Positions 21,608-30,126 of a stretch of 64,000 nucleotides of DNA are shown here, in pieces. The DNA lies in IMG/VR virus record IMGVR_UViG_3300025664_000001, positions 6,652 to 70,651 of that record. One strand, 5' to 3'. Both the position numbers and the translations under genes were made by a program. Source of the DNA: a virus. How positions within the stretch are numbered: the stretch's first letter is position 1; each line of letters opens with the position of its first letter. A model generated the notes under the pieces. It ran no database searches and had not been told where the DNA came from. It saw only the letters and a list, made by a program, of their open reading frames with translations.

Positions 21608-22669
21608 ATGGGTTCCGTCGTAAACAGCACTCAGGGCTCGGGAGAAGAGAAGCGCGTCGTCGCTATTCTCTCCCGGGCCGAACCTGCGATTCATCGGCAG
21701 TTCATGTCGATGGTGGCCGCGATCAGGCGGCAGTGGACTCCCGAATATCTGATGACGATGATCCGGCAGGGCTCGCTTGAGCCGGCCATGGTCGTCGTGC
21801 AGGCGAACGCTCAGCGCTTCGCTTCCGAAGTCAACAACGTTTTCATTGGCGCCGGCATGAGCGCGGCGGACGCAGCTACGGCTTCGTTCGCGCGTCTGAC
21901 TGTGCGCAAGGCCGCGCATCCCGTTGCCGAGCACGTCATCGCCTTTGCCTTCGATCAAGTGAATCATAAGGCCGTGACGGCGATGAAGTCGGCGTCTCTC
22001 CGGCTCGTCACCGGCCTTACGTCGGGTCAGAGGGGCGCGGTGAAGTCGGCGCTTGTTCAAGGCGTCACGGTCGGTATGAACCCCGTTTCGGCTGCGCGGC
22101 TGTTGCGCGGGAGTATCGGGCTGACTGAGACTCAACAGGGCTACGTGAACAATTTCCAAACGTCATTGCAGGCCGGCAACAAGTCTGCGCTTGACTACGT
22201 ACTTCGCGACAAGCGCTACGACCCCACGATTGTCGGCGCGGCGGATGCTGGCACGGTTCTCACCGACGAGCAAATCGCGGCGATGACTGATCGCTACGCG
22301 AACAACTGGCTCAACTTTCGTGCGGACACGATTGCGAGAACTGAATCGCTAAGTGCAGTTCATGCCGGCAATCAGCAAGGCTGGGATCAAGCGCTAGTGC
22401 AGGCTCAATCGTCGCCGGCCGCCGCGTCGATTTCTCCCCAGCTTGAGCGCGAGTGGGTGACGGCGGAAGACGAGCGCGTGCGCGATAGTCATGCGGAAAT
22501 GGACGGGCAGGTTGTCGGGCAGGACGAGCCGTTTGTCTCCGGTGATGGCAACGAGTTGATGTACCCGGGCGACCCGTCTGCCCCGCCCGAGGAAGTTATC
22601 CGGTGTCGCTGTGCGGTTGCGACTACGTTCGCCGACGGAAGCACGGACACTCAGACCGCCGACGGATAA
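21608..22669 (+). CDS. phage Mu F-like minor head protein
   Basis: RADTIARTE, W....DERVR.SH, YPGD......IRCRC. Confidence 0.9.
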   Translation: MGSVVNSTQGSGEEKRVVAILSRAEPAIHRQFMSMVAAIRRQWTPEYLMTMIRQGSLEPAMVVVQANAQRFASEVNNVFIGAGMSAADAATASFARLTVRKAAHPVAEHVIAFAFDQVNHKAVTAMKSASLRLVTGLTSGQRGAVKSALVQGVTVGMNPVSAARLLRGSIGLTETQQGYVNNFQTSLQAGNKSALDYVLRDKRYDPTIVGAADAGTVLTDEQIAAMTDRYANNWLNFRADTIARTESLSAVHAGNQQGWDQALVQAQSSPAAASISPQLEREWVTAEDERVRDSHAEMDGQVVGQDEPFVSGDGNELMYPGDPSAPPEEVIRCRCAVATTFADGSTDTQTADG

Positions 22670-22855
22670 AGTGCAGGCGCGCAATCACCCCCGGCGCGCT
22701 CGGGCTATCCTGTCATCCGTGCCTTTCGGATCATGCAGCGCAGACACCGCCGTTCATCAACGGCGCTTCCGAAAGGCAATCAAGCCCCAGCCTATCGAGC
22801 CGGCCAAGGGGCGAGGAATGAAACCAGCCCAAGCTCGCAAGAAGGGAACCCTCCT

Positions 22856-23707
22856 ATGGGTCACATCGTTGAAAAGTCCCCCGTCACCTTCAAAGAGCCG
22901 GTAGAGTTTAAGAAGGCCGTCACGTTCGACGTGTCTTCGCCCTACTCCGTCGATGAAGTCACCAGTGGTGGCGACGTGGACCTGACTCTTTCTACCGGCG
23001 TTTCGAAGCTGGCGAAGGTGCTGATCAAGCACGTCGCAAGCGTGGTCAACCAGATCGCGATGTACGCTTCGGCGACCGGCGTCGCACTCCGTATCGTCGC
23101 CGTTGGCACGGATTCCAACATAGACGTTTCGCTTGAGCCGAAGGGCACGGGCCTGCTTCGCACTATCGCGAACTTCTGGAAGGTCGGCACGACCAACCTC
23201 CTGTTCGGCGTCGGCGCGACGAACCTCGTCGCGTTCGGTGTCAAGTACGTCGCCGTGGCCGTCAACTACATTCTCGCGCTCCCGTCCGCTACGGGCAACG
23301 CGGTTGAGTTGCAGGCTACCGGCACGGATACCGATATTGGCATTCTGCTGACTCCGAAGGGCGCCGGTCACGTGACCGTTGCCAAGCTCCAGCTTGCCGT
23401 CACCGCGGTTGCCGCGGCCGGTTCGATCATCTCCGATGCCGGCGCTCTTGCCGAAGGCATCAACGTCGTCTCTGCCGCTAACGGCACGAAGGGCGTCATC
23501 CTCCCGGTCTCTCCGGCGGCTGGCGGCATTCTGTGTCTGGTCATCGGAACCGTTGCCGCGGTCCTGAAGGTCTGGCCGCAGTCCGGCGCCACGATCAATG
23601 CGTTGTCCGCCTCGGCGGCAATGTCGCTCGCCTCTGGCCCGATCCCGGCGATCTTCGTTTCGGTGTCGGCGACTCAGTGGTACAGCTTCCCGCTGCTGCC
23701 CTCGTAG
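22856..23707 (+). CDS. structural protein (head decoration/fibre-like)
   Basis: internal repeat (A.GTD..I...L.PKG.G) twice; position in the head module. Confidence 0.6.
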   Translation: MGHIVEKSPVTFKEPVEFKKAVTFDVSSPYSVDEVTSGGDVDLTLSTGVSKLAKVLIKHVASVVNQIAMYASATGVALRIVAVGTDSNIDVSLEPKGTGLLRTIANFWKVGTTNLLFGVGATNLVAFGVKYVAVAVNYILALPSATGNAVELQATGTDTDIGILLTPKGAGHVTVAKLQLAVTAVAAAGSIISDAGALAEGINVVSAANGTKGVILPVSPAAGGILCLVIGTVAAVLKVWPQSGATINALSASAAMSLASGPIPAIFVSVSATQWYSFPLLPS

Positions 23708-23780
23708 TAACGGGTTCGTAACCACCTTCGTCTTTGCACGAGTAGGCCCTCTCGACCAGTACATCGGGAGGGCCTATATT
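23707..23780 (+). promoter_or_regulatory. putative promoter with inverted repeat upstream of the polyprotein gene
   Basis: GTAA-N7-GTAAC, then TCGACC-N17-TATATT overlapped by IR 23743-23755/23764-23776; could instead be a terminator. Confidence 0.45.
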
Positions 23781-23797
23781 CCGCCAAAGAGGGAATT

Positions 23798-26700
23798 ATG
23801 ACTGCCCGACTGTACCGTCTCCCTGCCGAAGTGATCGAGTCTGCGCGCCTCGCGAAGACGATTGCCGCCGTGACCGGCGAAGACTCCGGCTCCCCGCTTG
23901 TCAACAAAGTCTCGGTCCCGCTCGCCATCGTCAAGAGCATGGTAGCAGCGCTCGCGACCGATAAAGGCTACCAGCACTTTCTCGCATGGGGCGGAACGCC
24001 CGGCAAGAAGTGGGCGGAGCGCACCGTCAAGTACAACGAGAACCACGACCCGGCCAGCGGCCAGTTCTCGGACGGCAGTGGCGGCGGCTCGGGCACGGGC
24101 GACGCTGCCCGCAGTCTCGCGGCGGCCGGTGGCCAGAAGCCGCTCACCGGGCTCCCGCAGAAGCCGCTCACCGTCAACGGCAAAGAATTCATCCCCGGCC
24201 CTAACGCCACGGCTCGCGAGGCAGCGCGCCAGTACATGCAGAACGCCGGGCTCCCGTACAATCCTCCGAGCGACTATGTCAAGGTGGACCCCGCGAACGC
24301 GACGAACATTGCCAACGCCTACGACGCGATGGCCCACGACCCGACCAATCCGCAGGTGGCCGCCGCGTACGATGCGATGATCAAGGAAACTATCGCGCAG
24401 TACGGCGTGATCGAGAAGACCGGGCTCAAGGTGGACTTCATTGCGCCCGGCGCTCCCGACCCGTACGCCGAGTCTCCGCGCATGATGCAGCAAGACGTGC
24501 GCGACAACAATCATATGTGGGTTTTCCCGACCGTCTCCGGATTCGGCAGTGGTGACGCAGCGTCGCAAGAGGCGATGAAGAATAACCCGCTGCTCGCGCC
24601 GTCCGGCCTCGTCGCCAACGGTCACGCCATGGTGGCGAACGATGTGTTCCGAGTTGTCCACGACTACTTCGGCCACTTCAAAGAGGGCAACGGCTTCCGC
24701 GCCGTGGGCGAAGAGAACGCTTGGCGCTCGCACTCTGCGATGTATACCCCGCTCGCGCGACAGGCGATGACGAGCGAGACGCGCGGGCAAAACTCATGGG
24801 TCAACTACGGCCCGCACGGAGCCACGAACCGGACGGCCAGCGGCACTGACACGGTCTATGCTCCGCAGAAGATTGGGCTGATGCCGGCGTGGACGACGAA
24901 GGCGGTCGAGAAGTACAACGAGAACCACGATGCTCGGGGCCAGTTCTCAGACGGCAGCGGGTCGATGACTCCCTATCGAAATACTTTTGGCACGTCGAGC
25001 TTCTACGACCCTAAGCACTTCACCACTCGTGAATCCAAACTGGTTGGGGAGGACGGCGCCGTCCTTTCATCTCACGACGTTCCGGTTCCTCTCGCTGGCA
25101 GTTGGCCGAAGTTTCCTCTGACAAGCGCACAAGACGGTGTTTTGTATCGCGGCATGTCCGCCAAGGAATACGCGGCGTTTCAGCAAACCGGCCAAGTCCA
25201 AACGGCGGGCGCCTATAATATGGGTGATCAGCAAAAGGGATTGACCTACTTCACCACGGACCCGCAGTCTGCCGCGAGCTACTCGAACGGTTTTGCTCCC
25301 GCCGAATTCAAGCCGTCTCCCGGAAACCCGGCTTACGTTGTCGGTGTGAAGACGCCTTCCGCTGATCGTCTGCGCAATATGTATGGCCAAGCGGGAAACA
25401 TGGGCGTGAGCGATGAACGCGGGGTCGTCGGTTCCATCCCCGCGAGCGACGTTGTGTCGGTTCACCGCGGGGACGTGATCGAGTACACCCCCCAGATCAA
25501 TAACTCTCGGGGTGAGCGGGCGGTCTCTGCCAGCGCGACTCTTTTGTGGACCCGAGTGGATGCTCACAAGTACAACGAGAACCACGATGCGCGTGGTCAA
25601 TTTTCTGCCGGCGATAATTTGCGGGCGGCGGCCGATGCGAAGTGGCCCCGCAACCCTCTCAACGAACGCCAGCACATTGTCCAGACTCCCGGTGGCATCG
25701 CGCTATTGGAGTTGGCCCCCGCTATGCAGGGCTCGTCGAAGCCGGTGCATGTGTCGTGGATGCAGGCAACTCCGCAGGGGGCCGGCGTGGGCACGGCGGC
25801 GATGCGCCAGCTAACTGATCTGGCAGATCAGCACGGCGCGAAACTTGACCTGTTCACGTGGGATGGCGGTCATCGCGAGGGCGACCTGAAAACCTTCTAT
25901 GGCCAGCATGGCTTTAAGCCGGGCAAGCAAGACCCTTCGTTGCTGGTGCGGGCGCCGAAGGCTGCGAAGTACAACGAGAACCACGATGCACGCGGGGAAT
26001 TCTCGTCTGCCGACTCCGCGATGTTCGTCGCGGCTCGTGACCAAGGTTCCAAGCATCCCGGATTTCTCGATAAACAGCCGGCCAGTGCGCTAGGCGATCA
26101 TCAGCTATTGCTCGGCCATGGTGGCAAGGTCGGTGTTGCCGTCAGCCCGAACGGGGATATCCAAAACGTCTTCAACAACGGTGGGCCGCCCGGCGCAGGC
26201 GCCGACGCCGTGCGCGCAGCTATCGCGGCCGGCGGCGATCATCTCAATGCTTTCGATGGTAAGCTACCGGCTTACTATCAGCAATTCGGCTTCAAGGAAA
26301 TTGGCCGCGTGCCGTTCAATCCGTCCCTAGCCCCTAGCGGATGGAACACGCAGCGCTACGGCACGCCCGACATTGTCCACATGGCTCTCGCAACTGGCCG
26401 TGGTTCGGAGAGCGATCTGATCGCGGCGAGCGCGCAACAGCGTGCGGCCCTGACTCGCGCAACGGCGGCGATTCAGTCGCGCAACGGCGGCGGGCTTGAC
26501 AAGGCGATCTTCGGAACGCGCATCGACGACGCAGTCTTCGGCAAGGATAGCCCGACCGGCGCCGCGGTTCACGTCCCCGTTCCTCTCTCGAACGGCGTCC
26601 GCCGCAAGAAGCCGAAAGCGCTCGACGACGAGGCGATTGCGAAAGCGATCTTCGGCGACGACTATGTCAAGTTCAATCCGAACCACGATGCTCGCGGACT

Positions 26701-27580
26701 CTTTTCCGATGGTGCTGGTGGCGGCGCCGTCAGCGAACCGGAAGGAATGGGCGGCACGGTTAGCTCTGCCCACGGCGAGGCGACCAAGCTGTTTAATCAG
26801 CATGGTGGCGCCTCGGCCCGGACGGCGGATGCAATCATTGCCGGCTTTCGTGGCGGCGCGGAAGCTATCAAGCAGACTCAGGCGATGCTTGCTGCGACCC
26901 CGGCGACGGATGCTCAGGTCTCTGCCGGAGGCTTCAAGAATCCGGACGGCTCATGGACCGTTGACCGTCAGGCTCTTCACGCGCAAATTCTCGACAAGAT
27001 ATTCACTCCGAACGCGGTGGACGCGGCGACCCCGGTGGCCGGGCAGTCCCCGACCCTTACGGTGCTCGGTGGGCGCGGCGGCTCGGGCAAGAGTTTCTTG
27101 ACTGGGCCGTCCGGACCCGTGGACCCGTCGAAGGCGATCATGCTTGACTCGGATGCGGTCAAGGCTATGCTGCCCGGATATGCCGGTTGGAATGCTCAGT
27201 TGTATCACGAGGAGTCCACGGCGATCTTGGACGCGGCAGACCAGCGCGCAACGGCGCTAGGTGTAAACGTCATCCACGACGCGACCATGAAGTCCGAGGG
27301 AACGCTCGCTGGGCGCATGACGACGTTTCAGGCGGCGGGGTATAATGTTTCCGGGCACTATATGTTCGCGTCGCCGGAAGTAGCGGCAGAGCGTGCGATG
27401 ACTCGCTTCGCTAAGGGCGGTACTTTCAGCGGTCGCTATGTTCCGGTGAACGTGGTGCTAGGCAACGTCAACAACGAAAAGAATTTCGACCGTATCACCC
27501 CCGGTCTCAGTAAGTGGTCGGTGTGGGACAACAACGCGACCGGCGGGACGCCCCGTCTGGTAGCACAAGGAGGCAAGTAA
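23798..27580 (+). CDS. multi-domain (polyvalent) head-module protein: HDxxGH domain, ART-like, GNAT x2, zeta-toxin-like P-loop kinase, separated by repeated K[YF]NxNHDxxGxFS tags
   Basis: five tag copies (aa 78, 372, 591, 724, 958); HDYFGH/GEENAW; LYRGMS..YFT; QGAGVG..FY...GF; GAG..YY..FGF; GGRGGSGKS, DSD..K, HEES, DATM. Confidence 0.8.
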   Translation: MTARLYRLPAEVIESARLAKTIAAVTGEDSGSPLVNKVSVPLAIVKSMVAALATDKGYQHFLAWGGTPGKKWAERTVKYNENHDPASGQFSDGSGGGSGTGDAARSLAAAGGQKPLTGLPQKPLTVNGKEFIPGPNATAREAARQYMQNAGLPYNPPSDYVKVDPANATNIANAYDAMAHDPTNPQVAAAYDAMIKETIAQYGVIEKTGLKVDFIAPGAPDPYAESPRMMQQDVRDNNHMWVFPTVSGFGSGDAASQEAMKNNPLLAPSGLVANGHAMVANDVFRVVHDYFGHFKEGNGFRAVGEENAWRSHSAMYTPLARQAMTSETRGQNSWVNYGPHGATNRTASGTDTVYAPQKIGLMPAWTTKAVEKYNENHDARGQFSDGSGSMTPYRNTFGTSSFYDPKHFTTRESKLVGEDGAVLSSHDVPVPLAGSWPKFPLTSAQDGVLYRGMSAKEYAAFQQTGQVQTAGAYNMGDQQKGLTYFTTDPQSAASYSNGFAPAEFKPSPGNPAYVVGVKTPSADRLRNMYGQAGNMGVSDERGVVGSIPASDVVSVHRGDVIEYTPQINNSRGERAVSASATLLWTRVDAHKYNENHDARGQFSAGDNLRAAADAKWPRNPLNERQHIVQTPGGIALLELAPAMQGSSKPVHVSWMQATPQGAGVGTAAMRQLTDLADQHGAKLDLFTWDGGHREGDLKTFYGQHGFKPGKQDPSLLVRAPKAAKYNENHDARGEFSSADSAMFVAARDQGSKHPGFLDKQPASALGDHQLLLGHGGKVGVAVSPNGDIQNVFNNGGPPGAGADAVRAAIAAGGDHLNAFDGKLPAYYQQFGFKEIGRVPFNPSLAPSGWNTQRYGTPDIVHMALATGRGSESDLIAASAQQRAALTRATAAIQSRNGGGLDKAIFGTRIDDAVFGKDSPTGAAVHVPVPLSNGVRRKKPKALDDEAIAKAIFGDDYVKFNPNHDARGLFSDGAGGGAVSEPEGMGGTVSSAHGEATKLFNQHGGASARTADAIIAGFRGGAEAIKQTQAMLAATPATDAQVSAGGFKNPDGSWTVDRQALHAQILDKIFTPNAVDAATPVAGQSPTLTVLGGRGGSGKSFLTGPSGPVDPSKAIMLDSDAVKAMLPGYAGWNAQLYHEESTAILDAADQRATALGVNVIHDATMKSEGTLAGRMTTFQAAGYNVSGHYMFASPEVAAERAMTRFAKGGTFSGRYVPVNVVLGNVNNEKNFDRITPGLSKWSVWDNNATGGTPRLVAQGGK
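24029..26700 (+). repeat. dispersed direct repeat AAGTACAACGAGAACCACGA
   Basis: identical 20-mers at 24029, 24911, 25568, 25967; diverged copy at 26669. Confidence 0.9.
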
Positions 27581-27581
27581 G

Positions 27582-27791
27582 ATGGGCGTGTTTGTGGGAA
27601 CGGATGGGAAGCCGATGCTCGGGAGCGACGGCCGGCCTGTCATGGAAGACCAGTTCGAGAATGAGCCGGGTCCGCCGAAGACTCTCCGTGCCGGCGGCAT
27701 GAGCGCAGAAGCAGAAGCCGCCTTCAATGCGAAGACGGCTGAAATGATTCGGGCACGGGCGGAGCGGCAGTTGCGACGGGCGGTAGGTTAG
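27582..27791 (+). CDS. small protein downstream of the zeta-like kinase domain
   Basis: starts 1 nt after the polyprotein stop, GGAGG RBS. Confidence 0.6.
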   Translation: MGVFVGTDGKPMLGSDGRPVMEDQFENEPGPPKTLRAGGMSAEAEAAFNAKTAEMIRARAERQLRRAVG

Positions 27792-27973
27792 CCTGTCTTG
27801 CGGTGTTCCGCTACGAACGCCTCGACGTGATCCTCTTCGGACAGCGTCTCCCGCGCGATGATGTTGATCATCACAAGCATGTGCTTGGCGTCGGGCAAGG
27901 TGGCGGGAACCAGTTTGTCGGTGTACTCCGCGATTCTGGTAAGAGCCCTTGTGAGGGCGGGGTTAGTTGTCAT
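27788..27973 (-). CDS. hypothetical early protein
   Basis: AAGGA RBS; end of the inverted island. Confidence 0.55.
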   Translation of the reverse strand: MTTNPALTRALTRIAEYTDKLVPATLPDAKHMLVMINIIARETLSEEDHVEAFVAEHRKTG

Positions 27974-27974
27974 C

Positions 27975-28604
27975 TTAAATCCTTTCGATTGCGGGCGCGG
28001 CGGTTATCATCGCGCCTTCTAGGTAGCGGGCGGGGACTTTGAAGTAGCACCCTTCCGAGTAGAACCGGACCTTGCGCCCCGGCCCCTTGTAGATGGTGAA
28101 GGTGTCCCGTTCGCCGGCCGCGCCGTAGTTGAGCTTCTTGGCGAGCTTGAGGGTATCGCCGGCTCGTAGTCCCCGCTTCTTGGCCTTCAGATCGGCCGCC
28201 GCGATGGACCCGATCCGGTAGTCAGTGGCCGACCGAAGTCCGCTCCACTCGTTCTCGGGAATGCCGGGAGGCACGGGCTTCAACTTGCTCGCCGCGGCGA
28301 TGATCGACTTCGGCGCCGGGCAACCGTATGGTCCCATGGTCTCGTACATGTCCTTCCAGCCGAAGGTGAAACCATCCTTGGCCTTCGGGCTGCTCTTGAT
28401 CGCGATGACCGCGATTCCGCGGAACGTTCCGTCGGCGTCCACTTCGTAGATCGAAGCATCGTACGGAGTGGCGACGTACTTGATCACGAGGAACACCGCC
28501 TCTCGCGTCGCACTCTCTGCGACGATGTTGAGCGAGCGGTACTCGTTCTTGATCACAGCGAGCGCCTTAACGCCCGGTTCCTTGTGTGTGAAAGTCCAGC
28601 CCAT
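27975..28604 (-). CDS. DUF6927-like protein
   Basis: MGW start; FGWKDMYETMGPY..P motif. Confidence 0.65.
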   Translation of the reverse strand: MGWTFTHKEPGVKALAVIKNEYRSLNIVAESATREAVFLVIKYVATPYDASIYEVDADGTFRGIAVIAIKSSPKAKDGFTFGWKDMYETMGPYGCPAPKSIIAAASKLKPVPPGIPENEWSGLRSATDYRIGSIAAADLKAKKRGLRAGDTLKLAKKLNYGAAGERDTFTIYKGPGRKVRFYSEGCYFKVPARYLEGAMITAAPAIERI

Positions 28605-28618
28605 CTGATTTTCTCCTG

Positions 28619-28960
28619 TTAGTCGGTGTAAGACCAAGCGCGCTTTACGAAGGCGCCGAGTCCGGCGTCGTCCAGCACCTTACGGAAGGCTCGGAATGCG
28701 TCTTCCGTAATGTCGGCGTTTTGAGACCTGATGCCCTCGGGGACCGGAAGCCGGACGAAGCCTTCGTGGTGGCCGACGATGCCGGCGGACACTGCCGCGG
28801 CAAAGAAAGCCTTGGCGCCTTTGACGCCGCCCTTGCGAAGCTCCAGCATGTAGCCGCCGCATGACCCGGCGTCAACGCGACCGTCGGCGATCCACCTAGC
28901 GAGCGCGGCCTTGTTGCTGGCCTCGATGGCGCGAGCGATGATGATGTGGAAGCCTTCCAT
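28619..28960 (-). CDS. conserved phage early protein
   Basis: CG....QN....AF..VL...G....SYTD pattern; AGGAG RBS. Confidence 0.65.
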   Translation of the reverse strand: MEGFHIIIARAIEASNKAALARWIADGRVDAGSCGGYMLELRKGGVKGAKAFFAAAVSAGIVGHHEGFVRLPVPEGIRSQNADITEDAFRAFRKVLDDAGLGAFVKRAWSYTD

Positions 28961-28969
28961 GATTTTCTC

Positions 28970-29155
28970 CTAGCCGAATTCGGCGGTTGAGTGAGAGACC
29001 GTCACGCCGTCCTTTTCGCAGAGCACGACGGACACGAGATAAGCCTTCTTGGCACTGACGCCGAGCTTGGCGACTGCCAGCTTCCAAGCCTCATGCGTGG
29101 ACGAGGCGTAGACCTCGGTCTCACGTCCTGAGTAAAAAGCCTTGTAGCCGTTCAT
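28970..29155 (-). CDS. conserved small early protein (MNGYKAFY...)
   Basis: recognisable phage family; AGGAG RBS. Confidence 0.7.
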   Translation of the reverse strand: MNGYKAFYSGRETEVYASSTHEAWKLAVAKLGVSAKKAYLVSVVLCEKDGVTVSHSTAEFG

Positions 29156-29300
29156 GGGGTTTCTCCTGTCTAACACCTAGAACATAAGGCCGTTTACACG
29201 TCGCCGCCATTGCCATGTTCAAAGGTGGTTAATCCTTTCCGAGCCCGGGGTCTAGGCCCCGGGTCTCGCCAGCGGTGCCGCCGCTGGGCGGGCCGCGGCT

Positions 29301-29495
29301 CTAGCCGCCGGCATTCCGTATCGCCCTCTTCGCGGTCTCGCGGGGCGAAAAGCCGTCTTCGTAATCGTTGTCGAAGAGGAAGTCGTCCAGATCGGCAGTG
29401 CTCAACCCGGTCAACTTGACCACTTCAGCCTCGACCTTGGCGAGCCAAGCCCCGTACTTGAAGCCGGGTTCGCGAGCTAGGTTGGAAAGGGGCAT
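29301..29495 (-). CDS. hypothetical early protein
   Basis: GGAG RBS; DL.D....Y.DG.SP motif. Confidence 0.6.
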   Translation of the reverse strand: MPLSNLAREPGFKYGAWLAKVEAEVVKLTGLSTADLDDFLFDNDYEDGFSPRETAKRAIRNAGG

Positions 29496-29601
29496 TTGAG
29501 GGGACTCCGTTTAATTAAGGGGTAGAACCGACTTGGGGAAAGTGCAGGGAATGTCTCTATCTGCTCGACTCGGACTTCCTTTCGACCTTCTCTCTACACT
29601 C

Positions 29602-29654
29602 AACATGGCCCCTCCCGGCCTCAGATGCAAAGACTATGTTTACACGTGCTTAAC
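29602..29654 (-). promoter_or_regulatory. early promoter with CtrA-like box
   Basis: minus strand TTAA-N7-TAAA (plus strand TTTA-CACGTGC-TTAAC) just upstream of TTGCAT-N17-CATGTT. Confidence 0.6.
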
Positions 29655-29708
29655 AGAAAGTTGCAGTTTTACCGCCGGTTGCACTTGCCGGCGTGCAATC
29701 CTGTCAGC

Positions 29709-30125
29709 ATGACGACTGAGAAGTTTTCCCAGTTCTTCAAGGTTGACTCTGTTGACGAGCAGCTTGGCATCGTTTTCGGATGGGCCATGATCTGCACCGA
29801 AGACGGCAAGCCGTACTTCGATCTTCAGGACGACCACATACCCGAGCACTCCATGACGAAGGCCCTCGCCGACTTCATGGAAAACCTCCGGGTGGCGAAG
29901 GACATGCATATCCCCGGCGACGCCGGGAAGCTTCCGGGAAGCATCGTCTTCGGGTTTCCGCTTACTACGGATATCGCGAAGAGCATGGGAATTTCGACTC
30001 GCAAGACGGGCGCCATCATCGGCATGAAGCCGGGCGACCCCGAAGTGCTTCGGAAATTTGCGAGCGGTGAGTACACGGGTTTCAGTATAGGCGGCGAACG
30101 CCTGCTTGACGAAGAGGCGGACTAG
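29709..30125 (+). CDS. XkdF-like prohead protease (N-terminal part)
   Basis: VFGWA, DLQDD, MH, G.YTGFSIGG. Confidence 0.8.
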   Translation: MTTEKFSQFFKVDSVDEQLGIVFGWAMICTEDGKPYFDLQDDHIPEHSMTKALADFMENLRVAKDMHIPGDAGKLPGSIVFGFPLTTDIAKSMGISTRKTGAIIGMKPGDPEVLRKFASGEYTGFSIGGERLLDEEAD

Positions 30126-30126
30126 A

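Noticed and set aside
24029-26700. 20-nt direct repeats as a CRISPR array or DGR template/variable repeats
   Set aside because: Spacing is 400-900 nt and in-frame coding; no cas or reverse transcriptase gene; no adenine-specific mismatches
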